Assembly: GCA_963777955.1 (NCBI GenBank) | Contig: CAVZSQ010000017.1 | Span: forward strand, 64,001-128,000 | From: Calditrichia bacterium | GTDB lineage: Bacteria; Calditrichota; Calditrichia; JAJRVZ01 | Length of the DNA: 64,000 bases | Direction: 5' to 3' | Shown here: positions 52,106-61,748 of the stretch, one piece after another | How positions within the stretch are numbered: the first letter of the stretch is position 1 | How the letters are laid out: each line of letters opens with the position of its first letter | Translations under genes and position numbers: made by a program | The notes under the pieces: generated by a model | Database searches by the model: none | What the model was told of the DNA's origin: nothing | Seen by the model: the letters and a program-made list of their open reading frames with translations, nothing else

Positions 52106-52365
52106 AATGGAAGCTGGTTTATACGAAACAGGCTCAAAAAGATGCAAAAAAAATATCAGCGGTAAATCTTGAGGAAAAAGCTATTGAGGTTCTAAAAATC
52201 CTTGCCGAGAATCCATTTAAGTCCTCTCCAGCGTATGAAAAACTTGTTGGTGACTTGACGGGAGCATATTCCAGAAGAATCAATATTCAACATAGAGTTG
52301 TTTATCAAATATACGAGAAAGAACATATTGTAAAAATTATTCGGATGTGGACGCATTACGAATAA
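52099..52365 (+). CDS. yoeB: Cassette: Txe/YoeB toxin
   Basis: NPF..YEKLVGDLTGAYSRRINIQHRVVY..MWTHYE. Confidence 0.92.
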   Translation: MVKWKLVYTKQAQKDAKKISAVNLEEKAIEVLKILAENPFKSSPAYEKLVGDLTGAYSRRINIQHRVVYQIYEKEHIVKIIRMWTHYE

Positions 52366-52379
52366 TAAAATATATTATT

Positions 52380-52412
52380 TTCTAACACCGGCCTCAAGCG
52401 GACCCCGACAGC
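52380..52412 (+). repeat. Truncated attC-like site 18 (left half only)
   Basis: TTCTAAC-ACCGGCCTCAAGCGGACCCCGACA then unrelated sequence. Confidence 0.6.
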
Positions 52413-52478
52413 ACTGAAAAAATCGAGAAACTGTTTCCGCTCGTGCTAGTGGTGCAGTTCGCCGTCCCCAGAATTGCT

Positions 52479-52570
52479 GCCCAACAACAACATGCAGTGG
52501 ATGATGTTTCGCGCAAAAGAGGAAAGGATATATATTTCCCTGATGGCTATAATGATAGACCACGTTAGAG
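52479..52570 (+). repeat. Terminal attC-like site 19 (degenerate)
   Basis: GCCCAAC-AACAACATGCAGTGG..GTTAGAG. Confidence 0.45.
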
Positions 52571-52730
52571 CCTGGTAACTTAATTGTTCAAGATTATAAT
52601 CAGTTCAACAGCTTTGAGGATAAAGTCCATTGGGATTTTCTTGAAGAATATGAATTAATTAGTAAATTAACATATAAGTGGAAAATTTTAAATGTGAATT
52701 AAGGATTGATTTGTTTGGGGAGAATGTAAA

Positions 52731-54203
52731 ATGAAGATTAAATCCTGCTTCCGGATCTCATTTGAACGGCTGTTTAATAGACAAAGTTTGACCTTTTTCA
52801 TTTTGGGATTATTGCTTAATACACCACTTTTCTCACAAATGCCAACTGCTTCTGAAATTGCCGGCACAATGAAGATTGGATGGAATATTGGCAACTCCCT
52901 GGAAGTACCTTCCGGAGAAACCGGTTGGGGTAATCCAATGGTAGACCAGGAATTGATCGATGCCGTGAGCAATGCAGGATTCAATACCATTCGAATACCC
53001 TGTGCCTGGGACAGTCATGCTGACCAATCTACATTGGAAATTGATCCTGCCTGGCTTAGCCGTGTAAGCGAAGTGGTTGACTATTGCTATGCTAATGATA
53101 TGTATATCATTATCAACTGTCACTGGGATGGCGGCTGGCTGGAAAATAATGTTACAGTAGCCATGCAGGATACAGTAAATGCCAAACAGGAAGCCTATTG
53201 GACCCAAATCGCCGACTACTTTAAAGATTATGATGAGCATCTCCTTTTTGCCAGCGCTAACGAACCTAATGTTGAGAATGCCACTCAGATGACTGTTTTA
53301 TTATCCTATCACCAGACCTTTATAGATGCAGTTCGAGCCACGGGTGGCAATAATAGTTCCCGTGTTTTGGTTATCCAGGGTCCATCAACCGATATTGACA
53401 AAACCAATCAATTGATGTCATCCCTGCCTGCAGATCAAATAGAAGATCACCTGATCGTCGAAATACACTATTATACTCCCTGGAATTTTTGCGGCCTGAC
53501 CAGTGATGCCGATTGGGGTAAAATGTTTTACTTCTGGGGGCAGGGCTATCATTCTGCAACCAATCCTGACCGCAACGCTACCTGGGGAGAAGAAGCAGCG
53601 GCGGAATCTTATTTTCAGTTAATGAAAACCAAGTTCGTTGATCAGGGAATTCCGGTGATTCTAGGTGAATACTCTGCCGTCAAACGCACATCTCTTACAG
53701 GAACAGACCTGGATCTGCATCTGGCTTCAAGGGAGTATTATTATAAATATGTTACCGACGCGGCTATTCGTCATGGTTTGGTTCCAATTTATTGGGATAA
53801 TGGCTATAATGGAAACAATGGTGTGGCCTTATTTAATCGTATCAATGGCGCAATCGTCGACCAGGGTGCATTGGATGCCCTGATAGAAGGTGCCGAAACA
53901 GGTACTTCGGTAGAAGAACAGCAAGCACCTAAAAAAAAAGCGGTTGATCAATTCATAACTGCGTTGCCAAATCCGGTTTCAGCTTCAACAGAGATTCAAT
54001 TGACTCTGGAAAAAGCTGCACATGTGAATATTTCCGTCGTTAACATTCTCGGACAAGAAGTTGCTTATTTTAATAACTTAAATTTCAGCCGGGGCGTAAA
54101 CAGTGTGACCTGGAATGCTTTTAACTTGCCGACAGGTGCTTACTTTATCAGAGTGAATAATGGTGCACATCAGTTGACCAGGAAAGTTCTAGTAGTACAT
54201 TAA
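52731..54203 (+). CDS. Glycoside hydrolase family 5 (endoglucanase-like) with C-terminal secretion domain
   Basis: GWNIGNSLE, GFNTIRIP, ANEP, EIHYY, ILGEY and YWDNG; PNP..NILGQ..GAYF C-terminal domain. Confidence 0.9.
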   Translation: MKIKSCFRISFERLFNRQSLTFFILGLLLNTPLFSQMPTASEIAGTMKIGWNIGNSLEVPSGETGWGNPMVDQELIDAVSNAGFNTIRIPCAWDSHADQSTLEIDPAWLSRVSEVVDYCYANDMYIIINCHWDGGWLENNVTVAMQDTVNAKQEAYWTQIADYFKDYDEHLLFASANEPNVENATQMTVLLSYHQTFIDAVRATGGNNSSRVLVIQGPSTDIDKTNQLMSSLPADQIEDHLIVEIHYYTPWNFCGLTSDADWGKMFYFWGQGYHSATNPDRNATWGEEAAAESYFQLMKTKFVDQGIPVILGEYSAVKRTSLTGTDLDLHLASREYYYKYVTDAAIRHGLVPIYWDNGYNGNNGVALFNRINGAIVDQGALDALIEGAETGTSVEEQQAPKKKAVDQFITALPNPVSASTEIQLTLEKAAHVNISVVNILGQEVAYFNNLNFSRGVNSVTWNAFNLPTGAYFIRVNNGAHQLTRKVLVVH

Positions 54204-54237
54204 ATAAAGCGGTGTTAATTGCGCCGCTCTTATTTTC
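54204..54237 (+). terminator. Putative intrinsic terminator after GH5
   Basis: AGCGGTGT..GCGCCGCT stem followed by a T-rich tract. Confidence 0.4.
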
Positions 54238-54573
54238 TATCTATTTAAAAAAACTCCAGATGCTGTAATGAATCAGGAGTATTACAAACATGATATTGAC
54301 CTTCCCCTATTCATTGGACAACTTGATCTGAGAGTATTTCCTGTTGGTTAGACTGCTGTGGTAAAATTTTCAAGGTGAACTATTTCCGAATTTGTGGACA
54401 TACCAAACAAACAGACCATTGCCTCTTCGTCTAAATTCAATTATCTGTCTTGTAAATTTAAAAATATGTACTATATTTAATGTATAGTATGCGCTGTTGA
54501 CAGTTTATTCTCTGGTCATCCGGCAACTGCGATTATCAGGCAAAACAATTAATCATTCGGGGAGGATTTTCAA

Positions 54574-57500
54574 ATGAAACACAGTCACTTTAAAACCTTA
54601 ATATTCATGGTTTTGTGCTTTTATATCCATTCCGGCGCACAGGAAGATCCTTTGTCCGGGAATTACAATCTGCGCAATTCCAGGGAAATCATTTTTTCGG
54701 GAAGCAGCGCTAATCATTTTACTCAACAGGTTTTTGATTACTTAAATTTCCCCGCCAGAGGCGATTCATTGGTCGGCGGACCTTTCGATATTCTGTCCGG
54801 CGACAGTCTTCAGGTTTACCAGTATAACCAGGACTGGTATGACATGGACGCGGGGAATTTTTTTGGCGACGGCAGCGAGGAAACCGTTACCGCCTGGAAA
54901 AATCTCGACAATGGCATCTCCTTGCTGGTTTCCAGCATCGATCCTTTCAGCCGGCAGTGGCATTCGCAATTTTATGCTGAACTCGACAGCGGATTGTGGG
55001 ATATTGAATGGCCTTATAGTGAGTTTGGCTGTATCCGGGTCGTCAGCGGAGATTTTGACCTGGACGCCCAGAAGGAATTTGTACTGGCCTACTGGGGTGC
55101 TTCCGTATCCACCTTGAAAATGATTTTATATGATGGAGACAACACCGCTAATTTTCAGATCAAGGCTGTGAGTAATGAGCAGATCATGTATAACCAATTT
55201 ACTCTGGTAGAGGCATATACCTTTCCGTGGTTTGATTTGAATGCTGCGGATTTAAACCGCGATGGCCGGGACGAAATTACCCTGACCGGCGTGGAACCGG
55301 CAAATCCGGGCTGGCAGGTTTTCTTCCAGATATATGGATATGATAAAAATTTGCCGGATTTTGTTGAATACGGCAGAAAAACCATATATCAAAGCAGCAC
55401 GGATTCTGATTTCGACAATCCCTATCCTATCCGTATAGCGCTCAGTTCAGGCCACTTTACCGACCGTAAATTCATGGATTGCGCCGTAGGTGTCTGGGCT
55501 ACGGATTCTCTAAATATTTTCGAGTATGATGTGGATCAAAATTTGATTCTGATCAGGATTGATTCAAGTCTTACGGAAATAACCCAACAGCGAAATTTTA
55601 CCAAATATCTTGAGGAACCGGAAAGTTCAAAATTCGGCCTGGCCGCCGGTGATCTGAGCGGCACTGGATATGATTATCTTTTTCTGCAACAGCACCAGCA
55701 TCTGATAATTTACCGGGTCCAGCAAGATCTGACCCTTGAACACTTATTCGATCACCATGAGCAGTACCACTATTATGGTCTGGCCACGTCATCACGGCAC
55801 AACCTGGTTATAGCCGATATCGATACCGGTTTTACCGGCTTTAACGGCTTACCGGAAATCATCGTTTATGAAGGAATATATTTTAACTACTATCCATACT
55901 GGAAAGACAGGTTATCCGTGTTTGAAGCCGAACTGGACAGCAACGGCGCCGTGCTGGCACTTAATCTGAAAGCGATGAGGGATAATTTTGAAGATGCTGG
56001 ATTTTATCCTGACATCATGATTGCAGCGAATCTGGATATGGATGATATTCACCTCGGTACGCCGAAAAGATTCCAAAAAACCGATATCGTACAGCCGATC
56101 GTTGTACTAAATGCGCCGCCCATCCATTATGACATTCTTGACGGCACACCTTTTGATCTCTGTTCCGCCTATAATGAAAATGAATGCCAGTTCTTTTCAA
56201 AGTATCAAAAAATATCTGAAAGACTCGATCGAGGTATCGACGGAAGTTGTTAAATCGTGGACAACTTCCAACACGCTGAGCGGCAGTTTCAGCGCTTATA
56301 ATATTTCCATCGGTGCCAGTCTTTCGGAAAAATATGGAAAAAACTTTTCCAAGCGCGAAGGTTCGGCACATTCGGTGACCATTGAGGTCGCTGCAGACGC
56401 CATAGTGGACGACCGGATTTATGCAACGATTGTCGATTACAACCTGTGGGAGTATCCCGCCTTCGCCGGTAATACGCCAATCGGCCATATACTGGTGATC
56501 GAACCGGTCGCGGTCAGGAATCAATGGTTTCCCAGTAAAAGTTCGGTGGCCACGACCTATGTGCCCAATCATGAAGTCGGCAATATTTTTTCCTACAAAG
56601 AATATCCCGAGTTATTTAATAATGAAGAAGTTGCCAGCCTGATCAAGGGTTCTTACAGCCAGAGTTTTACCCTTGATGAGAACTCCGGTTATGACTGGGC
56701 ACTCACTTTCAATGATTTTTCAACTTCCGGGGCTGCCACTTCCAATACGGTCACACGTGAAGTAGGCGGTTCCGTCGGAATATTCGGCCTCTCAGCCGGT
56801 GTAACCGACACCTATGAAAGAAGCAGTACCGAGACCCACAATATTTCGGTAACCCAGAATCTTTCTTTGCAGGTGCATCTCGATCAGATTAACCAGACTA
56901 TAGGCGAAATTTATTATACCGTGACTCCGTATGCCTACTGGGCGACAAACGGCGCGCTGGTTATCGACTATGCCGTAAAGCCGGAACTTGCCGAGCCGGG
57001 ATATCCCCTGACCTGGTGGCAGGAAAAATACGACAACGAACCTGATCCAGCTTTTATTTTGCCCTGGCGTTATGATGAGGAAAAAGGCCTGGCCCCGCCG
57101 GCTGAAAAAAAATATCAGACCAAGGAAATTTTATTCACACCTGCTGAACCGACTCCCGGAGAGGTGGTCACGATCAGCGCCCGTATCCAAAACTATAGTT
57201 TACTGGCCACATCCGGTCCTGTCAAAGTGCGGTTCTATATTGGTAATCCCGACAGCGGCGGGACAGCCATCATCGGCGTCGGCGCTGAAACTGAGGTTTA
57301 TACGGAAAATATTATTCAGCCGCGTTCAGCCGCCTATGTTTATCTGGATTGGGAAATACCGGTTGAGCTGGAACAGTTTCCGCGGATTTACGCAGTAATA
57401 GATCCCGATCACGAGATGACTGAAATTCATGAAGGTAATAACATGGGATTCTCGGTTTTAGGCAAATACACCATTCCCACAAATATCAGTCAAAATGAAA

Positions 57501-57775
57501 AAACAGTACCTGCTCATTTCAATCTAAAACAGAATTATCCGAATCCTTTCAATCCGTTAACTCATTTTGAATACCAGTTGCCGAAAAAGTGTCAGGTCAA
57601 TTTAAGCGTATACAATATTCTGGGCCAAAAGGTAGCTGAACTGGTATCGAGGGATCAGGCCGCCGGCCTGTACAACATGACTTGGGATGCGTCGCAAATG
57701 GCATCAGGAGTTTACTTTTACAGGTTAAGCGCTGACGAATTTGTCTCTGTAAAAAAGATGTTATACCTGAAATAG
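54574..57775 (+). CDS. Large secreted protein: FG-GAP-like repeats, Ser/Thr-rich beta region, CARDB-like domain and C-terminal secretion domain; frameshifted near 56220
   Basis: GDFDLD, ADLNRDGRDE; VIDPDHEMTEIHEGNN; QNYPNPFNP..ASGVYFYRL. Confidence 0.75.
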
Positions 57776-57805
57776 CGTAACGGGAAAACTGATAAACAGA
57801 CACCG

Positions 57806-59338
57806 TTAAACGTCAAACTTTATTCCCTGAGCCAGGGGCAGTTCCTTACCATAATTGATCGTATTGGTTTGCCTGCGCATATAAGTTTTCCAGGCATCCG
57901 AACCCGATTCACGCCCGCCGCCGGTGTCTTTCTCCCCGCCAAAGGCCCCGCCTATTTCCGCTCCGGATGTCCCGATATTTACATTGGCAATGCCGCAATC
58001 CGAACCACGGACCGACAGAAACGTCTCTGCTTCCTGCAGGTTGTTGGTGAATATCGCCGAAGATAATCCCTGCTGCACTCCGTTATGAATTTCAATGGCC
58101 TTTTCTATTCCCCCGGTATACTTGATCAAATACAGAATAGGCGCGAAGGTCTCTTCCTGCACTATGGCATAATGATTTTCGGCCTCAACTATCGCCGGGC
58201 GGACATAACATCCTGATTCATACCCTTTCCCGCTGAGAACCTCGCCGCCATAGATGACTTTACCCCCTGCGCTCTTGACCTGTTTAAGAGCATTTTGCAT
58301 AGTCTGCACCGTTTCCTGGTCAATCAGTGGTCCCATATGATTGCCGGCATCCAGCGGATTGCCGATCTTCAAACTCTGATATGCTTTCAACAAGGATTCT
58401 TTAACTTTGCCATAGATCGATTCATGAATAATAAGCCGGCGGGTGGTGGTGCAGCGCTGTCCCGCTGTACCCACGGCACCGAACACCACCGAGGTCATGG
58501 CTAATTTAAGATCAGCCTCCGGGGTCAGAATTATCGCATTATTGCCCCCCAGTTCCATAATATATCTGCCCAGACGTTTGGAAATGACCTCTGCCGCATG
58601 TCTGCCAACTTCCGTAGAACCGGTCAGGGAAATGAGCGGAATCCGTTTATCGTTCAACATCTGCTCGCCGATAATCCGGCCTGAACCGATGACCAGGTTA
58701 AAAATCCCTTCGGGCAGATTATTTTCCTTAAGTACTTCCCCGATAATATTCTGGCAGGCAATGGCCGTCAATGGTACTTTCGAGGCAGGTTTCCATAAAT
58801 TTACATCACCGCACACCGCTGCAATCATGGCATTCCAGGACCAGACCGCTACCGGAAAATTGAAAGCGGAAATAGTCGCCACAATCCCCAGGGGATGATA
58901 CTGGTCATACATACGGTGATTCGGCCGTTCGGACTGCATGGTAAAACCGTAGAGTTGACGTGATTGTCCCACGGCAAAATCACAGATATCGATCATCTCC
59001 TGCACCTCACCCCAACCCTCCTGTAAAGATTTGCCCATTTCAAAAGACACCAGCGTGCCCAATGGTTTCTTATAGGCCCGTAATCGCAGACCTATTTGCC
59101 TGACTATTTCCCCCCTTTTTGGTGCCGGCATTGAACGCCAGTCCAGGAATGCCGCCGAGGCGGTACTGATTACCTTTTCATAATCTGCTTTAGACGCCTG
59201 GTAAACAGAAGCAATATACTCACCCGTGGCCGGGGAGTGAATCTTTAACTCCCCCTGGTCCCTGGTTCCCAGCCATTGCCGGCCGGTGGCCACACCATTA
59301 TTTTTATCTTTAATGCCCAGTTCTTTCAAGAATTCCAT
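57806..59338 (-). CDS. Aldehyde dehydrogenase family 7 (piperideine-6-carboxylate dehydrogenase-like)
   Basis: SAFNFPVAVW, TGST, ELGGNNA, GTAGQRCTT and SGAEIGGAFGGEK motifs. Confidence 0.92.
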   Translation of the reverse strand: MEFLKELGIKDKNNGVATGRQWLGTRDQGELKIHSPATGEYIASVYQASKADYEKVISTASAAFLDWRSMPAPKRGEIVRQIGLRLRAYKKPLGTLVSFEMGKSLQEGWGEVQEMIDICDFAVGQSRQLYGFTMQSERPNHRMYDQYHPLGIVATISAFNFPVAVWSWNAMIAAVCGDVNLWKPASKVPLTAIACQNIIGEVLKENNLPEGIFNLVIGSGRIIGEQMLNDKRIPLISLTGSTEVGRHAAEVISKRLGRYIMELGGNNAIILTPEADLKLAMTSVVFGAVGTAGQRCTTTRRLIIHESIYGKVKESLLKAYQSLKIGNPLDAGNHMGPLIDQETVQTMQNALKQVKSAGGKVIYGGEVLSGKGYESGCYVRPAIVEAENHYAIVQEETFAPILYLIKYTGGIEKAIEIHNGVQQGLSSAIFTNNLQEAETFLSVRGSDCGIANVNIGTSGAEIGGAFGGEKDTGGGRESGSDAWKTYMRRQTNTINYGKELPLAQGIKFDV

Positions 59339-59500
59339 ATTTTTCCTTTCAAAAAATATTATTTTAAAAATCGATTAAATTTATCAAAAGTCCGGGAGAA
59401 ATAAAATCATCACCGCAAAAAATTTATCTATTTCCTATTGAAATAAATGTTTTTATCATCGTGCAATCTTTGTTATATTTTTATAAAAAAGGGGACTTAA

Positions 59501-60322
59501 ATGGACTTCCTCAAGATCGATCCGCAATCGGTTACTCAGATTCTGGAACAGTTCCTGGCTGCAGAAGTTCATAAATGCGGTTTTGATAAAGTCGTGCTGG
59601 GTTTATCAGGCGGACTTGATTCAACCGTCGTGGCATATTTATGTGCCCGCGCCTTTCCGGCCGGCCGGGTCCACGCTCTGATCATGCCTTATAAGACCAG
59701 TAATCAACAGAATATACAGCATGCCGAACTGGTCGCCCGCACCCTGAAGATCAACTGGCATTCTTTTGATATTTCAGCCATGATCGATGCCTTCTTTGCT
59801 AACGATTCCGGTGCTGAGGCAAACCGGCGCGGCAACCGTATGGCCCGGGAACGCATGTGTTTTCTTTATGACTATTCCTATAAACATCAGGCCCTGGTCA
59901 TCGGTACCAGCAATAAAACCGAATTATTGTTAGGTTACGGTACAATTTTTGGTGACCTGGCCAGCGCCATCAATCCCATCGGTGATTTATATAAAACTCA
60001 AATCCGGCAACTGGCGGAATATCTGCAGGTTCCCAGGGAAATTATCGATAAACCCCCTTCGGCAGATTTATGGAAGGGCCAGACCGATGAAGGGGAAATA
60101 GGTTATAGTTATGCTGAAATCGATCGATTATTATATTTTTTAGTCGATAAACGGTATTCCAGAGAAATGTTACAGGATTTAAAAATACCCGTCAAAATGA
60201 TCAAGGATATCCAAAGCCGCATACAAAAATCACAATTTAAACGCAGGCCGCCGATTATCGCCAAACTATCCAACCGTACTATCAACCAGGATTTTCGTTA
60301 CTGCCGGGATTGGGGAGTTTAA
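59501..60322 (+). CDS. nadE: NH3-dependent NAD+ synthetase
   Basis: LGLSGGLDS, GTSNKTE, GDLYKTQ and PPSADLW..QTDE motifs. Confidence 0.95.
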   Translation: MDFLKIDPQSVTQILEQFLAAEVHKCGFDKVVLGLSGGLDSTVVAYLCARAFPAGRVHALIMPYKTSNQQNIQHAELVARTLKINWHSFDISAMIDAFFANDSGAEANRRGNRMARERMCFLYDYSYKHQALVIGTSNKTELLLGYGTIFGDLASAINPIGDLYKTQIRQLAEYLQVPREIIDKPPSADLWKGQTDEGEIGYSYAEIDRLLYFLVDKRYSREMLQDLKIPVKMIKDIQSRIQKSQFKRRPPIIAKLSNRTINQDFRYCRDWGV

Positions 60323-60325
60323 AGT

Positions 60326-61027
60326 TTGGAAGAAATTATACCCGGCACCTTATACCTGGTCAGTACCCCGATCGGGAACCTGGGGGATATCACCTATCGT
60401 GCGGTTTTTATCCTGAATAATGTGACTGTGATTGCTGCCGAAGATACCCGTACGACTTCAATTTTACTGGCCAGGTACAATATCACCAAGAAAATGATCC
60501 CTTATTACAGTTATAATCAGAAATTTCAGACTCCGAAAATTATCGAGTTGCTGAAAAGCGGCAACTCGGTTGCCCTGGTTTCCGATGCCGGCACACCCGG
60601 AATATTGGATCCGGCTTACGATCTGGTCGTATCTTGCATCGAGCAGCAGATAAAGATTGTTCCCATTCCGGGCCCCTCGGCATTTTTGACCGCCCTGATC
60701 GCTTCCGGTCTGCCCTCCAACCGGTTTGTGTTCGAAGGATTTCTGCCCATCAAAAAAGGTAGACAAACAAAAATTCAAAAACTTGCCGGCGAAGAACGGA
60801 CTATTGTTCTTTACGAATCACCTCATCGCCTGTCGAAGACCTGCGCAGAGTTGCTGAACCAATGGGGAGATCGCCCCTGTGTGATGGCCAGAGAATTAAC
60901 AAAAAAATTCGAAGAATTTTTCCGGGGGAATTTATCAGGCCTGGTCGCCTTCCTCAAATCAAAAACAGTTAAAGGGGAAATCGTTTTAATAATTGCTGGT
61001 TGTAAATCAAATAAACATATAGATTAG
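60326..61027 (+). CDS. rsmI: 16S rRNA C1402 2'-O-methyltransferase
   Basis: TPIGNLGDIT.RA, AEDTR, SDAGTPG, YESPHR and RELTKKFEE motifs. Confidence 0.95.
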   Translation: MEEIIPGTLYLVSTPIGNLGDITYRAVFILNNVTVIAAEDTRTTSILLARYNITKKMIPYYSYNQKFQTPKIIELLKSGNSVALVSDAGTPGILDPAYDLVVSCIEQQIKIVPIPGPSAFLTALIASGLPSNRFVFEGFLPIKKGRQTKIQKLAGEERTIVLYESPHRLSKTCAELLNQWGDRPCVMARELTKKFEEFFRGNLSGLVAFLKSKTVKGEIVLIIAGCKSNKHID

Positions 61028-61086
61028 TTGTTTGCACATTGATTAAATTTTGAGTCTGAATAAAAAGATGTATAAACCGGGCAGGA

Positions 61087-61734
61087 TTGTTGTTCATGTC
61101 AGATACCACCAGATTCATCTCCTTCGAAGGGATTGATTTTTCAGGGAAGTCGACCCAGATCCAGTTATTAAGAAATAAACTGGAACAGATCGGCAAAAAA
61201 GTAACCGTACTGCGGGAACCCGGAGGAACTCTGATCTCTGAACGGATCAGGGATATCCTGCTCGATGCAAGAAATAAAAATCTTACCGATATCTGCGAAC
61301 TGCTGTTGTACAGTGCCGCCCGGAATCAGCTGGTCACAGAAGTAATACAGCGGGAGCTGACTGCCGGCAATTTTATACTGGCCGACCGCTATGTAGATTC
61401 GACCACCGCTTACCAGGGGTATGGCCGGCAATTGCCCCTTGATTTTATCCGTACCCTGAATGCACTGGTCACCGGTGGTACGATGCCCCGGATTACATTC
61501 CTGCTCGATCTGGATCTAAAACAACAATCCTATCGTAAAAAAATCAGGGGGCAAAGCAGCGACCGCCTGGAAAAGGAGAACCTCGATTTTTACAACCGGA
61601 TCCGTACCGGCTACCGGAAAATAGCCTCAACTCAGAAACGCCGGATCAAGATCATCGATGCCAACCGCAGCATCGAAAAAATAGAAATTGAAATTTGGGA
61701 ATATGTATTGAAAAAATTGCAGTTAAAATTATAA
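61087..61734 (+). CDS. tmk: Thymidylate kinase
   Basis: FEGIDFSGKSTQ, REPGGT and DRYVDSTTAYQGYGR motifs. Confidence 0.95.
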   Translation: MLFMSDTTRFISFEGIDFSGKSTQIQLLRNKLEQIGKKVTVLREPGGTLISERIRDILLDARNKNLTDICELLLYSAARNQLVTEVIQRELTAGNFILADRYVDSTTAYQGYGRQLPLDFIRTLNALVTGGTMPRITFLLDLDLKQQSYRKKIRGQSSDRLEKENLDFYNRIRTGYRKIASTQKRRIKIIDANRSIEKIEIEIWEYVLKKLQLKL

Positions 61735-61748
61735 AAAGAGAGATATAA

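Larger units (their letters stand above)
41170..52570 (+). mobile_element. Integron-type gene cassette array without integrase (CALIN-like), about 19 attC-like sites
   Basis: AT-rich co-oriented short ORFs separated by RYYTAAC..GTTRRRY imperfect palindromes; exact cassette end pairing at GTTAGGC 41187/GCCTAAC 41908, GTTAGAC 45908/GTCTAAC 46500 and GTTAGAA 46556/TTCTAAC 46975; no tyrosine recombinase ORF in the window. Confidence 0.9.

Noticed and set aside
41908..52570. Repeat-spacer pattern read as a CRISPR array
   Set aside because: Repeats are 60-100 bp, variable and separated by whole genes; there are no cas genes, and the boundaries fit attC.
52731..57775. GH5 and the following secreted gene as cassettes
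   Set aside because: They have long leaders, no downstream R''/attC, and a terminator-like hairpin instead.
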